Assembly: GCA_021432655.1 (NCBI GenBank)
Contig: MU271256.1
Span: 62,001-118,894 of the forward strand
Source of the DNA: Atractiella rhizophila
Taxonomy: Eukaryota
DNA: 56,894 nucleotides
Direction: 5' to 3'
The notes under the pieces are model-generated. The model was not told where the DNA came from and did no database searches. It saw nothing but the letters and a program-made list of their open reading frames with translations. Of this stretch, positions 50,738 to 56,894 are shown one piece after another; the stretch's first letter is position 1, and each line of letters starts with the position of its first letter. The position numbers were made by a program, and so were the translations under genes.

Positions 50738-52896
50738 TGAGAGAATCTGATGCTGGATGGAGCTAGGGGACAGAGATTGGTGGTCAAAGATGATATTGAT
50801 AGGGAAACACATACCTAGGGGACAGAGATTGGTGGTCAAAGATGATGACCGCCTAAACTGCCCCCCTAGGGGGCTAAAACTCCGAAATGAAGCAAACACA
50901 ACCAAGGTGGCTGACCACACAACACAAGACCACAAATATAACACCTAATCCAACACTCCCACCTGGCAGCCACCTCTTGAAGCTCATACCAAATCCAAGA
51001 ACCATCCAAAATAGCCATCGAACAAAGCTCCCACTGAATAAAGACAGCATGAAATAGCATGGCAAAAAGAAAACATATTAGTTGGCTAATTCCGTCGCTC
51101 CAAGGTCCCTCAGCTTGAATCTCTTGCTTAACTCCTTCTTGAACTCCTCCATAGCGCTTCTGGATGTGCTAGCAATCATTATATCGTCCACAAAGACTGG
51201 GACAATCACCTTGACTTCACCATTCGAGTAGATCCAGAGACTGCTGTCACACTTGACTTTGGTGAAGACCATAGACACGAGCTCCTTGTCCAGTTTCTTC
51301 TGCCATTGACGTCCTCCTTGCCTGGGTGCCATAGATTGCTTTGAGGAGTTTGAGAGCGTATTCTGGAGGACCTTGAGGGTGACCTTCTGGCTGCTTGGCA
51401 TAGACTTCTGCATCCATTTCTCCGTTTGTTGGAAATCGATGGGCTGAGGAGTGGAGCTAAGTACAACTTGGTTACGTTTGGCTGAGCTCTTGCAAACACA
51501 TGAGCACCAGGAAATGGAATTCTATGTGTTTATATAGCTTACAGCAGTGGCAACTAGAAAATCGTAGAACATTCCAGAAAACTAAAGAACTTTGCCACTG
51601 AGTGGCACGAAACTAGACTGCAAAATCCAACACCGTTCAAGAAAGCGGTTGAGATGTCCACAGACTCCAGTTCCATGTCTAGGACACAGGCAAGCGAAAG
51701 GATGGTTCTGAGGGTGGCCCATTTGACTGTGGAAGCAAAGGTGTCGAAGAAGTCGAATCCAGGACGTTGGGAGAAGCCCTTTATGACAAATCTAGCCTTA
51801 TAACGCTCAATTGAGCCATCAGACTTCTTCTTGATAGCAAACACCCATCTGGAGCCAATGACCTTTGCTCCCTTTGGTGGTTTTACCAGCACCCAACTCT
51901 TGTTGTCCAAGTGCGCTTGATCCTCCTTCACTGTCACCTCATGCCAGTGTTTTGCCTCTGAAGTCTTCATGGCTTCTGCATACGTCTTGGGGATGTGTTC
52001 CTGCGCTCCTACAGCCATGGCATGCTCAGTAACCTCCATAAAACCGCACTCCAACGCTTCAGGTTCCGTAATAATCCAACAATCCTTAGCCAACATTGCC
52101 AACTCATCCTCAGAGCTCTCCTCCTGTGGTTGGGGCAGCTTGGGTGCCTTCCAGAACTCGACTGATGGTCTCCTCTGTCGTTCAGGATAGCGTCTTTCGA
52201 CTGGCGGAGGAGCTGAAGGGGCAGGGATAGCTTGAGCAGGCGTCATTTGGAGGGGATCTGGCGATTCTGTCTGTCTTCCCACCATCATTAGTCCAGTCCA
52301 AGGGTCTCTCTGAGGAGCAAGTCGTAGAGGGGGTGTTACTGGCCGCTCTGGAGCAGCCTGTGGCCTGTCTGGTGCTTCTTCCCTCTCTTGCTCCGCTTCC
52401 TGATTTTCTCCTTCGTCCCTTAACCTTTCAAAACGTCCTCCCCCTCTTCATCTCTACCAAAATCCAAAAGGACGGCAGGAGCATCTCTCTTTCCTTCTCC
52501 CACCTGATCCTGGCATTCTTTCCACTCGTCCAGTGGTCCCTGAGGCGGTTCCAGTGTGTTCTCCTTCCTCCTGACTTTGCAAAGCATTTCCCTTTCGTCA
52601 AATTTCACGATATCTCGTGTGTAGACCTTCTTAGATACTGGATCCTAGAAATCCCAGCCTTTAGCGCTGGGAGAGTAACCTATAAAGGCACATCTTCGTG
52701 TATGGGATGCCAGACTGTGCCTTCTCTCGTCCTTCTGAACTTGGACATAGGCAGTGCAGCCTAGGACTCTAAAACGTGAAATATCGACCAGTTCTCCCGT
52801 TAATTTCATGTTGGGAATGGAGTGATTGATGGAGGAAGAGGGGGATCTGTTCCTGATGTGAACAACCGGTAGCAGGAAGTGCAATGGGAGGACTTT
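50738..52896 (-). mobile_element. Copia element B-2, 3' half: integrase end, RT, RNase H deleted, PPT, 3' LTR-B 50738-50955
   Basis: VVHIRNRSP, KARFVIKGFSQ, VPVFVDD, FKLRDLG joined directly to the 3' UTR; LTR carries an internal duplication. Confidence 0.9.
51427..51632 (+). repeat. Solo LTR type C with TSD CCGTT
   Basis: TGTTGGA...TCCAACA flanked by CCGTT on both sides; interrupts the RT of B-2. Confidence 0.95.
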
Positions 52897-53913
52897 AGTA
52901 ACATATTAATTGCACAAGCAGCAAAAAAGGTATAATAAGGGTGAGAAAGAGACAAAATATCGAAATCAGATAGAGTTAGCTGGGTGATCCGTGATCAATA
53001 AGTGTCTGACAGCTTAATGTCAGAGTTGTGATCCCAACATGATTTGCATCTGACCCTGATGAGCGCCGTATGATGTACCTTAGTTAGTCTAATCACCTAC
53101 TGATTCAATTCTGATACTGAGATCCTTTAACGCTGACGAAGCTCTGATCATTTTCCACCTTACATCCGTCATGATAATACCATGACTGATCTGGACTGAC
53201 CATAGTCTTACGGCCTGATGGAGAGGACGATCTGATCGCGGCTGGTCAGTCAGATTTTTTTCCAAGAAGTTTGCAGTAACTTCGTTGCCACCTGCCTTCT
53301 TTGACTGCGAATTGGGCAGAGTTGTGCCTGAGAGTCTCTCATACGTGTATGTAGAGAGGATGGTTCTTCATGGCCGTTTCTAAGATGCCTCGTGACGCTC
53401 TCTCTCCCATTCCCGTTTCGAGGGCTGAGTGCCCCGGAAAGCTGACTCCCACTTCATCCCCTTCAGTTAGGTAGAGTAAAAAAATTGGATAACACCGCGA
53501 TATAAGCCCCCGTCAACCTGAGCGTTCTCCCAATGCCAGATTGATACCCACAAGAACGGCCTGATAGATCAGCGGTCTAGGCTGACATTGAATGCTGCCT
53601 TGCCGGGGCGAGGAACGGCTGATTCTAGAGTTTCACCTATGGATTAAACAATTTTCATAGTACAGCTGACACAGATTCAAGAATGAAAGTTCTTCAGGCC
53701 GCTCCTTTCTGTTATGGCGAAGTTTAGGCTTGTTGTATATATTTTGTGCGCGAAGCTGGGATCCTTTTGTAAGATACTCGTCGCCACTGTTTGCTGCTAT
53801 CACAAATTGTAAGAACAAAGATGCTCATTTTTATCTGTTCACTTGACTATTAGACTTCTAGTATATGAAGTCTTGAGGAGTAGCTCATAAGGTCGCATAT
53901 TCCAGAAGCAAAA

Positions 53914-54507
53914 ATGCCTATGTTGCCAGAACCCAAATACGAGCCTCCTTTATGCAGAGGCGATGCATGCATGGTCAGTGGTGGCTCTTGTTCCTTTTAC
54001 CACCACTTATGTGTTGCAGAATTGTCGAAAGAGAAAGATAGCTTGTGATGGCAACCGATCAGGATGCAACCAGTGCCTCAAGAGCCAGCAAGCCCGAAAG
54101 TAGAGTTGTGATCCAATCATTTGCACCTACACAAGTCATGCCAGAAATGAAGACGTGGTTGCCGTCGAGCCCAAGATTGCTCACTTGGAAGAGCGAATAG
54201 GTAGGTAGTTCCTTCCTTGACCTTAAACAAGACAAGAAGGTTTTGTTGACTTGTTTGTAAAGCTTTGTTTGAGGCACAACTCACGCATCAGGAAGCAATC
54301 ATCAGCTGTCTCGTAACTTTTTGGACGCATTTGTCCACTTTGTCAACGTCAATGCAATCGGCTTTGTCGCGCATAGACAATCACTTCGCTGAAGGCGAAG
54401 TGGTGATGCAGGATACCGCAACATTTGCCTCATTTGAGAATGTCCCAGCAGATCCAAGTTTTGTAAATTTGACTCCCAACTTTTTCCCAACTCCTTCTCT
54501 GTCGTAA
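53914..54507 (+). pseudogene. Zn(II)2Cys6 binuclear-cluster protein with an in-frame stop
   Basis: Spliced RGDACM|NCRKRKIACDGNRSGCNQC...K*SCDPIICTY...KIAHLEERI; introns 53974-54019 and about 54201-54262; TAG near 54101. Confidence 0.8.
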
Positions 54508-54935
54508 AAATGGTTCAACCGCATTCAATATCTCCACCTTGGCAGTTCCCAGTGCTCTCTGAATCACACAAATATATTGGCTTTCTAACTTTTTGAGACT
54601 CCGGACCTTCTAGTAAGTAGAGGGCAAAGGAAGCATTGTAGACTCAAAGGTAGCAAAATGTGCTTAGTTAATGATTCGGGTCTTCTCTTGCCAGGGTGTC
54701 TCGCTTTTGTTTCACATTGTCAATGCATTGTGACATCTTGATCAGAATTCCTTAGGGTGAATGTGGTAAGGTCTTTGTAGGAGTTTCGGACCAATTGCAG
54801 GACATAGAAACAAGCGAAACCGCCCCAGGAGGGCTCTGTCACCGCTGTTTGATGGAATCCAAACAAGGCAGGGTTGGTGGGCCTGACAGAAAGAAGAATT
54901 AAACTGAAAGTGCCTCCGTCTGATGGCAGTAACCC

Positions 54936-55141
54936 TGTTGGATTTTGCAATCTAGTTTCGTGCCACTCAGTGGCAAAGTTCTTTAGTTTTCTGGAATGTT
55001 CTACGATTTTCTAGTTGCCACTGCTGTAAGCTATATAAACACATAGAATTCCATTTCCTGGTGCTCATGCGTTTGCAAGAGCTCAGCCAAACGTAACCAA
55101 GTCGTACTTAGCTCCGCTCCTCAGCCCGTCGATTTCCAACA
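54936..55141 (-). repeat. LTR type C, second copy, no TSD
   Basis: Near-identical reverse complement of 51427-51632; flanks AACCC and CAAAC differ. Confidence 0.9.
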
Positions 55142-55209
55142 CAAACGCATCCGGTTAGACCACCGTCACCAGTCCAGAAGAGCGGATCTGTACGACCCAC
55201 GCGCCAGCC

Positions 55210-55510
55210 ATGTCGACCCACACTGTTGGAATTCATTCACTCATCCGCGAAATTCCAAAGCTCGATGGAACGAACTATGCAGACTGGAAATTTGCTGTTA
55301 CCCTCGTCCTGAAGAAATGCAATTGCTGGGATATCCTTACGAGCATGACAGATGGTGTCCAAACAAGGACTGCATCAGATGAAACAAAGAGACAGCTTGA
55401 AGACTCGCTTACAATAATTGGACTCAGCCTCGATCCATCGCAGTTCATGTATGTTCGAAGCAGCACTATGGGTCCAGAAGCATGGAAAGCCCTGAAGGAG
55501 AAGTATGAGA
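55210..55510 (+). mobile_element. Copia gag N-terminal fragment
   Basis: IPKLDGTNYADWK...WDIL...EAWKALKEKYE, cut by LTR-D. Confidence 0.85.
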
Positions 55511-56894
55511 TGTTGAGACTAGGATTCTCCCTATCACACTGGGAAGCATACATTGCAGAAGAAACTCACCTAGGATTGTTCTATCACATTGGGAAGCGTG
55601 AAGGGAAAAAATCCTTGTGAGGGGGGTATATGTATATTTTACATTGTGGGGCATTGCGGGGCACTCATGTGACCATAGTTGTCACGGTTTGTCGCTTACT
55701 CCAACACTCCCACTCGACAAAACAGTGATGCTAAAATTATAAAATCAAAAACTCGTAAAAATCCAAAACTAAGGAGTTGCTCTCCCACTCGATGAAGCAG
55801 TGCTTGGTTTTGACACCAAAGATAGTAAACTGCAGAGATATTCGTGTTTCCCTTTTTCTAATGGTTTCGTGAAGATGTCTGCAATCATTTCTGTTGTGGG
55901 ACAGTATCTGAAATCGAGGATATTGTTCACTTGTGCCTCTCTGATCCAAAATAACTTGATGTCCACATGCTTCATTTGTGAAAAATGTTCTAGGTCGTGT
56001 GCATTTTCAAGAGCTGCTTTGTTATCGTTAAATATCGGTAGAGCCCGTTCTTGCCTTCTTCCCATTTCTTCAAATAAACTCCGATACCAAACTCCTTCCA
56101 CTCTACCATGTGTCATCGCTGAGAACTCGGCATTTCCTGTGGAGAGTGCTACTCCATCTTGCCATTTGCTACTCCAACTGATCGGTCCTTTGCCTAAGAA
56201 GAAGGCAAAACCCGACGTTGATCGTCGTGTGTCTAAGTCTCCGGCATAATCTGCGTCTGTGTATTCACAGAAAAACGGACGGGAGTCCCCTTCACTTTGT
56301 AGGCCATATTCATAACAATAATGTTTCATGGTTCGCAGGTAACGTAAACCTCTCTTGACTGCCTCCCAATGCTTAGGCCCTGGATTAGAAGAAAATTTCC
56401 CGAAGTGACCCACAACCCAAGCTATGTCAGGGCACGTTGCAATAGCAAGATAGATTAAGCTTCCTATCGCATTTAGATATGGGACCTTTTTCATGTATTC
56501 AATCTCTTCTAGTGTGTTTGGGCATTCTGCTTTTGAGAGCATGTTCCCTGAGTCCTAAGGAGTGGAGCTGGACGACCTTCGTCTGTCATATTGTGCCGCT
56601 TCAGCACTGCATCAAGATATCAATGTTGGCGCAGGTACAGTCAACAATTTGGACCATCTCTGGCTATCTCAATTCCAAGGTAAAGGCTGGCATCACCATT
56701 TTCAACCATTCGATAACGAGGGTGGAGCTTCTGTTTGACACGATCCATTATAGCTCAGTCATTTGAAGCAAGAAGAAAGTCATCAATATGTACTGGTGTT
56801 ATAACGAATTTTCTGTTCTTTTCCCAGACATAGATTGAATGATCACTTTTACACCTCTTGAAACCATCCTCAACAAGTGTTTTATCAAGGTCTC
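55511..56894 (-). mobile_element. Copia element D, 3' end: RT, RNase H, PPT, 3' LTR 55511-55706
   Basis: PYLNAIGSLIY, YTDADYAGD, SWSSKWQ, KHVDIK, ADIFTKPL; PPT GAGTGGGAG before a TGTTG...CAACA LTR. Confidence 0.92.

Noticed and set aside
53055..53110. Hammerhead core CTGATGA
   Set aside because: No stem II followed by GAAA and no flanking stems

Overview
Eukaryotic, transposon-dense window from a fungus. Short GT-AG introns and VAC8, WOPR and Zn2Cys6 homologues point to a basidiomycete, probably Pucciniomycotina (inference from the VAC8 sequence flavour). I found no clearly intact host gene. Mobile elements, left to right: a Zisupton/KDZ-like transposase relic interrupted by a rearranged DIRS/Ngaro tyrosine-recombinase retroelement; four pieces of one Helitron family; a full-length but decayed chromodomain Ty3/Gypsy element nested in a Helitron; a Tc1/IS630-like relic; and a nest of Copia elements with four LTR types (A-D), including three solo LTRs with 5-bp TSDs. 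Decayed host-gene copies: Gti1/Pac2 WOPR factor, VAC8 and a Zn2Cys6 factor. Most notable unannotated signals: (1) short mitochondrial-gene inserts (nad4, nad1, possibly nad5), the nad4 one with an ascomycete-looking motif and inserted cleanly inside the Gypsy integrase; (2) a tandem pair of covarying structured-RNA modules in the Gypsy 3' region; (3) a multi-stem/pseudoknot element after the tyrosine recombinase; (4) a hairpin minisatellite found twice in unrelated contexts; (5) a helicase-to-Rep permuted Helitron fusion. All calls are by eye, with no database searches.
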